Notes under the pieces: model-generated
Told to the model about the DNA's origin: nothing
The model's input: the letters and a program-made list of their open reading frames with translations, nothing else
The model's database searches: none
Made by a program: the position numbers and the translations under genes
NCBI GenBank assembly: GCA_910585625.1
Contig: CAJUFQ010000010.1
Span: 21,441-85,440 of the forward strand
Direction of reading: 5' to 3'
Length of the DNA: 64,000 nucleotides
DNA from: an uncultured Lachnospiraceae bacterium
Lineage (GTDB): Bacteria; Bacillota; Clostridia; Lachnospirales; Lachnospiraceae
In this document: piece by piece, positions 1-9,442 of the stretch
Numbering within the stretch: the stretch's first letter is position 1
How the letters are laid out: every line of letters begins with the position of its first letter

Positions 1-1
1 G

Positions 2-367
2 CGACAGCTCCGGCAGATTCTCAAGTTTTTCCAGGAAAACGGAAATCGTTTCCTTTTCTCTGAGTTTTAGGTACTCCATGTAATAGCTGACGACAACACC
101 CGGAACCATTGCTGTCATAAGGATTCCGTATGCAGAGACCAACACTGTGATTACCCGCCCAAGCCTCGTGACAGCAACAAGGTCGCCGAAGCCGATGGTG
201 GTCGCCGCTACGAAACAGTACCAAAGCCCGTCCCCAAACGTCTCAATGCCCGGATCGAACAAGGCCAGAAAGACTGCCGCCACGCACAGGAACAGCAGGA
301 AGCTTAAGAATATTTTTAAGGTGCCGGTGCGCCTGAGTATTTTATAGCACCGCTTCCACGTTCTCAT
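2..367 (-). CDS. Two-TM potassium channel family protein (runs off the left window edge; absent from the ORF track)
   Basis: Manual translation from ATG at 367, overlapping the HdeD stop (ATGA): MRTWKRCYKIL...FGDGLWYCFVAATTIGFGDLVAVTRLGRVITV..., with K+ filter TTIGFGD between two TM helices. Confidence 0.85.
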   Translation of the reverse strand, partial: MRTWKRCYKILRRTGTLKIFLSFLLFLCVAAVFLALFDPGIETFGDGLWYCFVAATTIGFGDLVAVTRLGRVITVLVSAYGILMTAMVPGVVVSYYMEYLKLREKETISVFLEKLENLPELS

Positions 368-894
368 CTCATATCCTGTTCTTCGGCTTGCTGGATGCTG
401 CAGCCCATCACAATCATATTGATGCCGCTCTCAATGAAATACACGCCCACAAGAATCCCTATCGTGAATGCCATCAACAACGGGTGCATCAGGGAGTATA
501 TGCCTACCAAAACCCCGATAACGCCAAGAACCATTGTCCAAATCCAGCCTTTGCCATCGACAAGCTTTTTCTGCTTGAGGGACACAAAGATTCCCACAAC
601 ACCCTGCAAGAGGAACCACACTGCCATGATATAAACCAGCATTCCGTCCGTCATCAGTTTCAGCCCTGGGACAACCATAATCACGATTCCCAGAATCAAG
701 CTCAGAATACCGAATAAAAATGGCAGGCCATATTCCTTCCCCATGACCGCCCGGACAATAGCCCCAATGCCATAGACCAGCAGCAGGATTACCAGGAAAT
801 ATCCTGTCTCCATAAATGTCATTACCGGCGTACAGATACAGGAAATCCCGCAGATTGCCATAATCACACCTAAAATAATCGTAAAAATTTTCAT
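364..894 (-). CDS. HdeD/DUF308 family membrane protein
   Basis: 176 aa, six hydrophobic segments in a repeated G..sii.G pattern; AGGAGG RBS. Confidence 0.8.
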   Translation of the reverse strand: MKIFTIILGVIMAICGISCICTPVMTFMETGYFLVILLLVYGIGAIVRAVMGKEYGLPFLFGILSLILGIVIMVVPGLKLMTDGMLVYIMAVWFLLQGVVGIFVSLKQKKLVDGKGWIWTMVLGVIGVLVGIYSLMHPLLMAFTIGILVGVYFIESGINMIVMGCSIQQAEEQDMR

Positions 895-922
895 GCTTTA
901 TTACCTCCTGAATATTGTCATA

Positions 923-2170
923 TTATTCCTTGCTTCTTTGTTGCTTAGGCGTCCGGATAGACAGGAACATGCTCCCCGCAGCCGCCGCAAGGAAAATCCA
1001 GAAAAACAGCCTGACCGGGAAACACAGAAACAGCAGAACCGTCACCGCCAGGGGTTTTTTCATGATCCCTCCGAGCAGCGCGGCAGTCACTGTCGCCGCG
1101 GCAAAAACCGAATGCCCGGAAACTCCGCCAAAGAAAACCATCGTTACGGCATACCCCAGGCATACCCCTGCAAATATAATCGGGAAAAAATGGCCTCCTT
1201 TAAGCCCGGACAGAATACAGATATTTGTGAGCAGTACCTTAAGGAGCGCGATGCCTGCCAGCATCAGCGGCCCATAGGCAAGCTGTCCTGCAGTCAGTTC
1301 CCCCATCGCTTCCTCACCGGAAAACATCAGCACCGGAAGCGCCATGCCGAAAAGCCCAAGGCACAGGCCTCCTGTCGTTTCCTTAAGCACCGGCGGGAGC
1401 TTCGCCACGGTCTTCTCCATGGCTGCGTGGGTGATGAAATAAAACTTCGCCAACAGACAGCCCAGGAAAATATAAACGGCCAGCAGCAGATAGTCAAAGG
1501 TTCCCGGTTCCATATCCGCAAACGATGGCAATGCCGACAGCCCGGCGCCGAACAGCCATGTCAGCAGCATATACGAACCCATTCCTGCGGCAGCGGCCAG
1601 CCCATAGAGGAATATTTTCATGATTCCCGGAAGCTTAAGGATTTCTTTCTCCCGGTTTTCCTCCTCCACCGCGAACACGCCGAACAGAGGCGAACGGAAC
1701 AACACGCCCAGTGTCACCGCCGCCCCTACCTGCGAGTACTCTCTCGCATTCTGCCTGGCGAAAGAAAGGTTATCCCCGACCCAATAACAGAGGCCCGCAA
1801 TTACCCCGGTAAGCCCCGCCTCCGGCCCAATGCTGCTGCCAAGCAACAGCGGAAACAGTGCGCTTAGCAAAAGCACTGCCATGTTGGAATAATCATATTT
1901 TTTCTCTTCCTTCACCTTTGCCATCACAGAATCAAGCTCTTCCGGATAATCCCCGAATTTCCAACGGAAACAGCCAATCATGGCTGCACCGGCGGTACAC
2001 ACGATTATAGTGTAATATGGCAGAGGAAACCTTTCGGGAACCCATTCCCACAAGAAGCCGATACCCAAAGACATCACTTTCAGGAACGCCCATATCACCC
2101 CTCCCGCTACAGCGCCCATGATGCCGCAGAACAATACCAGGAACAGATTATTTCTTACCGATCTGTTCAT
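923..2170 (-). CDS. ClC family chloride channel / H+:Cl- antiporter
   Basis: Polytopic; GSSIGPEAG (GxEGP-like) and GGHFFP motifs; start moved to ATG 2170 behind GGAGGAG. Confidence 0.85.
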   Translation of the reverse strand: MNRSVRNNLFLVLFCGIMGAVAGGVIWAFLKVMSLGIGFLWEWVPERFPLPYYTIIVCTAGAAMIGCFRWKFGDYPEELDSVMAKVKEEKKYDYSNMAVLLLSALFPLLLGSSIGPEAGLTGVIAGLCYWVGDNLSFARQNAREYSQVGAAVTLGVLFRSPLFGVFAVEEENREKEILKLPGIMKIFLYGLAAAAGMGSYMLLTWLFGAGLSALPSFADMEPGTFDYLLLAVYIFLGCLLAKFYFITHAAMEKTVAKLPPVLKETTGGLCLGLFGMALPVLMFSGEEAMGELTAGQLAYGPLMLAGIALLKVLLTNICILSGLKGGHFFPIIFAGVCLGYAVTMVFFGGVSGHSVFAAATVTAALLGGIMKKPLAVTVLLFLCFPVRLFFWIFLAAAAGSMFLSIRTPKQQRSKE

Positions 2171-2315
2171 TTGACTCCTCCTTCCCAGTCTCCCTGTTAT
2201 TCCATGTTGTGTTTGGGCAGACTCCATCGTCTATTTTATCGAATTAATTAATATTTGGGAGGATTCACACCAATTATGCGGATTTTGCAACAAAAAAGTC
2301 TTTTCCCCTGCTGAT

Positions 2316-2379
2316 TTTATCCCCAAAAATCCATGATTTATCCCAAAGGATGGCATTCTGATGCAGCAGATTTTATAAT
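2316..2379 (+). promoter_or_regulatory. SigA-like promoter with upstream 21-bp-period direct repeat (candidate LytTR site)
   Basis: TTTATCCC at 2316 and 2337; TGGCAT (2351)-17 bp-TATAAT (2374). Confidence 0.55.
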
Positions 2380-2408
2380 TGTAATAGGGAATTTTACGAA
2401 AGAGGTGA

Positions 2409-3158
2409 ATGAGAATGATTCAGCTTGCCATCTGCGATGATGACAAAAGAGATTTAGAGAAAACAGAACGTCTGGCCAAGGAATGGTCTCACGGGCCAAA
2501 TAAGCCAGAACTTAAGATTAAGAAATTCCACTCCCCATTCCTGCTCCTTGACGCAGTCTCGGGAGGAGAAGCTTTCGATTTTTTCCTGCTTGACATACTG
2601 ATGCCGGAAATGACCGGGATTGCTTTAGGAGAACAGCTCTCGGAACTGCTCTCGGAACCGCTGGTTATTTATCTGTCCTCAAGCAGGGATTATTATCCGG
2701 ACGCTTTCCGGCTCTATGCGTTTAACTATCTCTGCAAGCCATTGGACAAAAACGCCCTGTTTCCGGTCCTTGATAAGATTATCTGCCGCATGGAGCAAGA
2801 CAAGAATCAGATTTTCGTCTTAAAGACCACGGACGGCCTCCTGCAGATTCCGTTCCATACCATCATCTACGCAGAACTCCTCTCCCATGTCTGCCATTTC
2901 CATCTGGCGGATGGAAGGCATGTTAAGAGCCTATATCTGCGTTCCGGCTTGAACCAGTTCTTGGCGCCAATTTTAAAGCAGCCTAATTTCATTAAGACGC
3001 ATTCGTCCTTTGTAGTCAACCTCAATTTTTCCAGCAGCCTGACAACCAGCGCGCTGTTGCTGACAAACGGACGCACCATCCCGGTTGCCCGCTCTTTTTC
3101 CGCAAAGGTACAGCAAGGCTACATAAGCTACTGGCTCAGAGAGGGGGCAGCTCCATGA
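2409..3158 (+). CDS. LytTR family response regulator
   Basis: REC domain (AICDDD, LLDILMPEMTG, YLCKP) plus LytTR domain (FIKTHSSFVVN). Confidence 0.92.
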   Translation: MRMIQLAICDDDKRDLEKTERLAKEWSHGPNKPELKIKKFHSPFLLLDAVSGGEAFDFFLLDILMPEMTGIALGEQLSELLSEPLVIYLSSSRDYYPDAFRLYAFNYLCKPLDKNALFPVLDKIICRMEQDKNQIFVLKTTDGLLQIPFHTIIYAELLSHVCHFHLADGRHVKSLYLRSGLNQFLAPILKQPNFIKTHSSFVVNLNFSSSLTTSALLLTNGRTIPVARSFSAKVQQGYISYWLREGAAP

Positions 3159-4462
3159 CTTTAGGAAATTTCTATGAAGACGATATATTTTTCAATATTA
3201 TCCGCATAATCCTGATTACCAGCTTTACCCTGGGAATGATGTCAAGCCTGACGTCGTTTAAGTACCGTCCCAAGAGGGTGCTTTCACTGTTTGCCCTCTA
3301 TCTGGCATGGATTGCTGTCTCCACCGGGATTATCGTCTATTTTGCAGGGTTTTTTACCTTCGCCCGCTATATGATTTTTACAATATCCATACCCGCTATC
3401 GCGCTGGCCTATGCCATGGACTGTAATTCGCCTGCCCAGTCGGTCTTTAACTATGCCACGCAAGTCATGTTCTCTTACATATTGGCTATGACGACACTCC
3501 TGATAAATACGGCCGTCCGTGGCAGTATCGGCAGTTATTTACTGATTCTCTGCCTGATGTATACGCTTGTCATCACCCTGGAATACAGATTCCTCAGGCG
3601 TCCTTTCCTGGAGCTGACGAAAGCCGTAGAAATCAGCTGGGGTTCCTTGTCCCTGATTCCGGTATTTTTCAGCGTGCTGCTGCTTTTCATCGCTAACTAC
3701 CCGGCATATTATACCAAAGACCCCATCCGCATATTATATCTGCTGGGAGTGCTTGTCCTAATCCTGGTCGTCTACTTCTTCGTGTACCAGAGCATCCTGC
3801 GGCAATACCAATACCAGATGCTCGCACACCATAGAGACATCCTGACACTGCAGGTGTCCGCCATGGAGACACAGGCCAGGAATATGCATGCCACTGAGGA
3901 AAAGCTGAAAATACTGCGCCATGACATCCGGCATTTTTCTAATATCATGCAAGTCTGCCTGCAGGACGGTTCCCTGGACGAAGCTAGGAATATGCTGTCT
4001 GAACTGGAGACGGCCGTCGGCAAGATTACGGTAAAAACCTACTGTAAAGACCATCTCATTAACTCCGTGCTTACGTTTTACCTGGAGCTTGCCAAAAGCG
4101 AAGGCATCCATGTGCAGACTGCCTTCGCCGCACCTCCCGCCGGTAAATTTCATTCTCCCGCATTTTCCATAGCTCTTGCCAATGCCCTGGAAAATGCTCT
4201 GAATGCCTGCAAGCATGAGCCTGGCCCGCGCATCATCAAACTAAAAAGCCGAATGTTCAGCGGGCAGTACCTGATGGAACTGTCCAACACCTGCAGCAAG
4301 ACCGTTCTCTTTGACAAAGACGACCTGCCTATCTCTCACAGAGGCGAAGGCCATGGCATCGGCACCAAAAGCATCCTCTCCTTCGCCAAGCAGGCGAAGG
4401 CCATGGTAAATTTCCGGCAGGAAGGCGGGTATTTCATACTGCAAGTAATCACTCAGGCATAA
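3155..4462 (+). CDS. AgrC-like GHKL sensor histidine kinase
   Basis: Multi-TM N-terminus, H-box LRHDIRH, N-box NALENALNAC, G-box GHGIGTKS; ATGA overlap with the regulator. Confidence 0.9.
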   Translation: MTLGNFYEDDIFFNIIRIILITSFTLGMMSSLTSFKYRPKRVLSLFALYLAWIAVSTGIIVYFAGFFTFARYMIFTISIPAIALAYAMDCNSPAQSVFNYATQVMFSYILAMTTLLINTAVRGSIGSYLLILCLMYTLVITLEYRFLRRPFLELTKAVEISWGSLSLIPVFFSVLLLFIANYPAYYTKDPIRILYLLGVLVLILVVYFFVYQSILRQYQYQMLAHHRDILTLQVSAMETQARNMHATEEKLKILRHDIRHFSNIMQVCLQDGSLDEARNMLSELETAVGKITVKTYCKDHLINSVLTFYLELAKSEGIHVQTAFAAPPAGKFHSPAFSIALANALENALNACKHEPGPRIIKLKSRMFSGQYLMELSNTCSKTVLFDKDDLPISHRGEGHGIGTKSILSFAKQAKAMVNFRQEGGYFILQVITQA

Positions 4463-4500
4463 TGCTTTCATTCCCTGCGCGCCTTCCCGCACCGTTTCAT

Positions 4501-5043
4501 TTACTCTTCCATGATGTTTGCCATGATGTCCATCGCGTTGCCCAGCGATTCCCCTTCCATCAGAAGCAGGAGCGTGCTGCAGAGTACTTCATAGATATTC
4601 ATCAGCATTTGAATGATGTTGACGCATTTTTCCATCTCTGCATCATCATCCAGCTCCGTCAGCATTGTATAGCGGATGCCAATGACATGACGCGCCTGCC
4701 CTTCTGCCTCATCCTGCATATAGAGGAGCTGCCCGACGGGAAGCTCTCGGTTCAGTGCATTCACCATCTGGAAAACATTCAGCTCCGTGAATGCCTCCGG
4801 ATTTTCCTCGATAATGGAATTCAGCTCCAGCTGCCCATAATACTGCAGGACATTGCCGAATTCCGGCGCATGGACAAAATTACAGCTGATGTCAACGCTC
4901 AGATCCTCTCCCATCTCAAGGCCCAGCAGTAACGTGTCCATCTCTGCCTGTTTGCCTTCTTCCAGAAACAGGCTCTTAAACCCTTGCCCGCCGGCATATG
5001 CATCCAGCCTCTTCAATCCTTCCCGCAACTCTTCTTTGTTCAT
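4501..5043 (-). CDS. Acidic hypothetical protein, possible YbjN/type III chaperone-like fold; last gene of the CIS operon
   Basis: GGAGG RBS before ATG 5043; MVNALNRELPVGQL resembles the YbjN/CesT core; fold is inferred. Confidence 0.5.
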   Translation of the reverse strand: MNKEELREGLKRLDAYAGGQGFKSLFLEEGKQAEMDTLLLGLEMGEDLSVDISCNFVHAPEFGNVLQYYGQLELNSIIEENPEAFTELNVFQMVNALNRELPVGQLLYMQDEAEGQARHVIGIRYTMLTELDDDAEMEKCVNIIQMLMNIYEVLCSTLLLLMEGESLGNAMDIMANIMEE

Positions 5044-5084
5044 CGTGTCCTCCATTCTGCGCGCCTGTGGCACGGCGGTAATTT

Positions 5085-7292
5085 TCATATCTTATACATA
5101 TAATACTCTTTCAGCTCTGCCTTTCCAAGTATTTTTCCGGATTTCTCATATTCTTGCTGTAACGCCTCCATGATATGGCCCATGCCGGTAGTTTCCTGCC
5201 TGGAAGCCGCAATGAAGGCAGCGTTGACCGCAATATTCTTGATGCTGGCCCCGGAAAGTTCAAAATTGCCTGCCAGGTAGTCAATATCGATGTCCCCCGC
5301 AAGCGGCATCTGTCTGGGAAAGACTTTTTCCCAGAGCTGCATCCGCTGCTCCTTCTGGGGGAACGTAAAACGGATGATGAATTTCATGCGGCGTTTGTAG
5401 GCGTCGTCAAAGTTCTGCATCAGGTTCGTGGCAAGGATGGTGATTCCATCGTATTCTTCCATCTTCTGCAGAAGGTAAGCGGTCTGCGCGTTCGCGCTGA
5501 TGTCCCTGGCGTCTGAGACGTCCACGCGCTTTCCGAACAGCACGTCCGCCTCGTCAAAAAAGAGGATGCTCCTGCTCTTCTTTACCTCATCAAAAATCTC
5601 CCGCAGATTTTTCTGCGTCTCCCCGATGTATTTCGATAATACGCCGGAAAGGTCAACTTTATACAGCTCCAGGTTCAGTTCGCGGGCAAGCACCTGCGCC
5701 GCCATAGTCTTGCCGGTTCCCGGAGGGCCCGCAAACAGCAGAGAGACGCCCCTGCCATAAGCTATCTTGCCCTCAAACCCCCATTCCTCATAGACCTTGC
5801 CCCGGAAAGAGACATGGCCGCATGCCTGGCGCAGCATCTCCTTGGCCCCATCCTCCAGCACCAAATCGTCCCAAGCATAGGCCGCATTTACCCGGCTGGC
5901 GCGCTCTCCCAGCCGGTGGGAAATCTTCTGTTGGCAGGCATGGTACATGAACGATGCCAAAACCTTTGTCTTCCCCTGCAGCTGCGCTTCCCGGCTGGCG
6001 GACTCTGCCGCCTCCTTAATGACGCCCGGGGAAAAATCAAATTGAGCCGCCAGCCTGTCACATACAGCCTCATCTTCTGGCTGCGCCCCTCCGGCTGCGA
6101 GGAAAAACCCCCAGAGCCTGCTGCGCTCCCGGATGGAAGGAGGACGCATCTGAAATACCTCAACCTGACAATCTGAAGGGTATTCTCCCCGGAAAACATC
6201 TTCCCCTTCTGCCTCCTCGGCAGTGAGGAACACTTGGCGGAAAAACAAAGATGCCTTGCGCAGGAATCCCTGCGCCGCCTGCCGGTTCTTCTGCTCTTTG
6301 TTCCAGATTGCTTCCCAATGCCCGAACACCAAAAATGCGCTGTCCAAGACAGCGCGTACCACCGCGTCGCAGACCGTCTCCTGCTGTATCTCCTCCCTCT
6401 GGCACACAAGCTCCCTCATATCCAGAACCAGCGCCGCATGGCCCAATTCGCGCACTGCATTAGCAATCTGCAGCTTCTTCCCGCTGCCGTAAGGGCCGCG
6501 CAGCAGGAACAGCTGCATCTCCTGCCTGCCGCTTTTAGCATCCGTCCCCTCCGCAAACCGCCTGACGATATCTTCCGTAATCTTCTGATTGATATTAACT
6601 CCTATATTGCTTGCGTTTCCAGGGACAATCAGGCGGTAGCCTGCGTTCCTGCCAAGCAGATCTGACTCATAAAAAAACACATACGCTATCAGGTCTTTCC
6701 GCAGTTTAAGCAGCCAGGAAAGCTCGCTCTCCTGCGTCATGAGCCGGCCTGCGAAGAGACAGCACAACAGCTCCCGACGGGCAAATACATGGTGAATCAG
6801 CGCATTCTGCTGCCTCTCGTCCATCGTGTACATCTTCACGCACAGATCCAAAGACGGATAGCGGAACGCAAGGTCGTCCTGAAGGTAGGCATACATCCGC
6901 TCAAACTCCCGGTTCAGCTCCGGCGCAATGGCAAAGCAGGCGAGACGCTGCTCAAACTCCGGCAGCCCGAGCTTGCGCATCATATAGGCAAACGGCAGCA
7001 TCACTTTGCCTTCCTTGATAGTGCGGTACGCCTTTTCGTGAAACGCGCGCCATTGTGCCGTAAGCCCTTCTCGTTCCTTGCCGTATGCGCCACGGTCCAT
7101 ATGCCCAAAAGGGTCTTCCATAATGTTGGAAAGCTCCTCTTGAAACAATTTCGTCTGATAGACATGGCGGATCGTTCCTTTCTCCGTAAGCCGCACCGCG
7201 TACCTTGTATAAAGGCCGATTTCCTTCTTCACCAAAACCAGCAGCTCCTGAAAATATTCTTCCTGCCCTTTGAACATCTCGTTACCATCCAT
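5085..7292 (-). CDS. AAA+ ATPase, Afp15/Pvc15-like
   Basis: Walker A GPPGTGKT, SKYIGET, Walker B LFFDEAD; degenerate first AAA domain (GPYGSGKK); N-terminal YAYLQDD motif. Confidence 0.9.
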   Translation of the reverse strand: MDGNEMFKGQEEYFQELLVLVKKEIGLYTRYAVRLTEKGTIRHVYQTKLFQEELSNIMEDPFGHMDRGAYGKEREGLTAQWRAFHEKAYRTIKEGKVMLPFAYMMRKLGLPEFEQRLACFAIAPELNREFERMYAYLQDDLAFRYPSLDLCVKMYTMDERQQNALIHHVFARRELLCCLFAGRLMTQESELSWLLKLRKDLIAYVFFYESDLLGRNAGYRLIVPGNASNIGVNINQKITEDIVRRFAEGTDAKSGRQEMQLFLLRGPYGSGKKLQIANAVRELGHAALVLDMRELVCQREEIQQETVCDAVVRAVLDSAFLVFGHWEAIWNKEQKNRQAAQGFLRKASLFFRQVFLTAEEAEGEDVFRGEYPSDCQVEVFQMRPPSIRERSRLWGFFLAAGGAQPEDEAVCDRLAAQFDFSPGVIKEAAESASREAQLQGKTKVLASFMYHACQQKISHRLGERASRVNAAYAWDDLVLEDGAKEMLRQACGHVSFRGKVYEEWGFEGKIAYGRGVSLLFAGPPGTGKTMAAQVLARELNLELYKVDLSGVLSKYIGETQKNLREIFDEVKKSRSILFFDEADVLFGKRVDVSDARDISANAQTAYLLQKMEEYDGITILATNLMQNFDDAYKRRMKFIIRFTFPQKEQRMQLWEKVFPRQMPLAGDIDIDYLAGNFELSGASIKNIAVNAAFIAASRQETTGMGHIMEALQQEYEKSGKILGKAELKEYYMYKI

Positions 7293-7357
7293 TTCTGCCG
7301 CATCCTCCTGCTGCCAATACCTTTCTATTTGAACTTAAAGATAAAGCGACTCAGACA

Positions 7358-9391
7358 CTATAGGTCTGCCACCAGCATATTGCGGAAATCTTCCGCATTC
7401 GCAGCTTTTAAGAGGCGGTCGTAATTCACGAACGCTCCTTTCATCTGCCCATCCACGGCATTATACTTGTCCACTACGCCCTTGGCTTCTGCCGCCTTTT
7501 CTGGCGAAGGATTTGCCTCAAGGCCCTCCGAGATTCCCTTGAGCCCATATTTCTCATCATCCAGTCCATGGATAAGCCCCCACAGCCTTCCTTTAATCAC
7601 CTGTGTCTCTTCATTGTTCTGCGCCTTTCTATCATTATGGCCCATGCCTACCTTAAGCCCAGCCACGCCAATGCCCCCGATAGCGCCCATCATGCCCAGA
7701 TTTTTGGCTGCTTTTGCTGCATTTAGATCGCCGGAAAGGGCTGTGCCGGAAGCAATACTCGTACTCAGTCCTATGGCAGACACCACCAGGCCGGAAGCCC
7801 CCATGATAATGCCAGATTTTATTTTCCCATACATCCTGCATGAAGCTAGGTATAGGGCAAGCTTATCTTTGTCCTCATCCGCGACATCCTCTCTTTTTAG
7901 CAGCATATTTGCCAGATTCCGCCTTCCTTTGCGCGTGGCTCTGCGCTGCTTTGCCTGTTCCCTCTTCTGTTTGAGGCTTAAGCGTCCCCCGCCCTGACCT
8001 TCGGCTTGGGCCTCTGTCTGTACCGGCGGCTGTGCCGGATTTGGTGCAGGAGCTTCCCCTTCATGGATTTCTTCCTCTTCCCCCTGCCCGTCGTTCTCCT
8101 GTTCATTGTACCTAGGGAGAACTGACTGCTCTATCACTGCCCACCGTTTGTTCTCCATAGCGCTCATCATACCCAGCTTTTTCTTAGCGTCAACCAGCCC
8201 CTTGGTTCCCGTCATGACCAAGCCAATCTGCGTTATCCCGCCCAGGATCATCTTTACATACTTTACGACGGATTGAAATATTTTCGATTGATGCACTTTC
8301 ATAAGAGCGAGGATGTTCTGTGCAATACCGATTGCCTTTGACAATATCATGGTGAAATCGGTAAGCATCCCGATAGCGCCAAAAGCTTTATCCAGCTTGC
8401 TTCCTGACGCACGGTATTTCTTAAGCTTCTGTGAAAATGCTTTTACGGACGACACTATAGTTACCATATTGCTGACAATCCCAACCCCCTGGCTGATAGC
8501 AGAACGGCCATACTGTTTGTCAAAGCTGCCCAGCGTCGAGCTTACTGCGCCTGCCAGCTTGACCTTGTCCGCCACAGAGTCAAATTTAGAAGATTTGAAA
8601 TAGCGAATGAATTTATTGTCTGCCATCGGGTTTTTCCCGCCTTTTTCCAACTCCCGCGCCAGGACGACCGCCATATAAAGCGAGCTTCCCCTGAGATTAT
8701 CCACATTTTTTTTGGTGCCTTGCGGCCCATCGTCCGGCGCATTGCCGTCTTGCCCTTGTGTTGCCCCTGCCTGCCCCGCGCCGTTCTCTTGCTGGGATGT
8801 TCTGCCCTTTTTGGATTCTTTCTTCATTTTTTTCTTCGCCAAATCCTCTAACTTATCAAAGGGATCGTGATTGTCCTGCTGGTTTTCGTCTGCACGCCTC
8901 TGGCCGTCCGCAATATCTGCATAAACTTGACCAATCTCTAAATTAATATTATCCATTTGCGGCCTTCCCGCCGCTTGCTGCTGATTAGCTCCCGGAACGC
9001 CCCCGGCCCCTCCGGCATTATGCTGTCTTTCGCCCTCATCCCGTTCATCGTCCCCTGCATTCTGCCCGTCCCCTCCGATACCAGCATTATTGTTTCCTCC
9101 CGCGCCAACACGGTCATTCCCCCCACCAGCAACAATATCATTTCCTCCCCCGCCAGCCTGGTCGTCTCCTGCTCCGACAGCCTGATTGTCTCCTGCTCCG
9201 GCAGCCTGATTGTCTCCTGCTCCGACAGCCTGATTGTCTCCTGCTCCGACAGCCTGATTGTCTCCTCCACCATTCATGGGCTGCTGTGGCCGCAGATCTT
9301 CCCTTTGCTGCTGTATTTGCCCTTGCTGCTGTATTTGCCCTTGCTGCTGTATTCGCTCCTGCTCTTCTCCCATCCTTATTTCTTCTTCCAT
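7358..9391 (-). CDS. Hypothetical protein, candidate CIS cargo (disordered N-terminus plus Gly/Ala-rich hydrophobic helices)
   Basis: GAGGTG RBS before ATG 9391; long Q/G/N/D-rich N-terminus; hydrophobic stretches in C-terminal half; adjacent to the ATPase. Confidence 0.6.
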   Translation of the reverse strand: MEEEIRMGEEQERIQQQGQIQQQGQIQQQREDLRPQQPMNGGGDNQAVGAGDNQAVGAGDNQAAGAGDNQAVGAGDDQAGGGGNDIVAGGGNDRVGAGGNNNAGIGGDGQNAGDDERDEGERQHNAGGAGGVPGANQQQAAGRPQMDNINLEIGQVYADIADGQRRADENQQDNHDPFDKLEDLAKKKMKKESKKGRTSQQENGAGQAGATQGQDGNAPDDGPQGTKKNVDNLRGSSLYMAVVLARELEKGGKNPMADNKFIRYFKSSKFDSVADKVKLAGAVSSTLGSFDKQYGRSAISQGVGIVSNMVTIVSSVKAFSQKLKKYRASGSKLDKAFGAIGMLTDFTMILSKAIGIAQNILALMKVHQSKIFQSVVKYVKMILGGITQIGLVMTGTKGLVDAKKKLGMMSAMENKRWAVIEQSVLPRYNEQENDGQGEEEEIHEGEAPAPNPAQPPVQTEAQAEGQGGGRLSLKQKREQAKQRRATRKGRRNLANMLLKREDVADEDKDKLALYLASCRMYGKIKSGIIMGASGLVVSAIGLSTSIASGTALSGDLNAAKAAKNLGMMGAIGGIGVAGLKVGMGHNDRKAQNNEETQVIKGRLWGLIHGLDDEKYGLKGISEGLEANPSPEKAAEAKGVVDKYNAVDGQMKGAFVNYDRLLKAANAEDFRNMLVADL
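9155..9266. repeat. 24-bp coding tandem repeat, ~4.7 copies (GDNQAVGA)
   Basis: AGCCTGATTGTCTCCTGCTCCGAC units at 9155, 9179, 9203, 9227, 9251. Confidence 0.95.
9305..9353. repeat. 18-bp coding tandem repeat, ~2.7 copies (IQQQGQ)
   Basis: TTGCTGCTGTATTTGCCC units. Confidence 0.9.
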
Positions 9392-9442
9392 ATGCCACAC
9401 CTCTTTCCAGTTAAACATTGCCATACATTAACGCCATGTCCG

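Noticed and set aside
893..1867. 324-aa plus-strand ORF
   Set aside because: Antisense shadow of the ClC gene; no motifs.
9155..9266. CRISPR array
   Set aside because: Repeats are contiguous with no spacers, in frame inside a CDS, and there are no cas genes.
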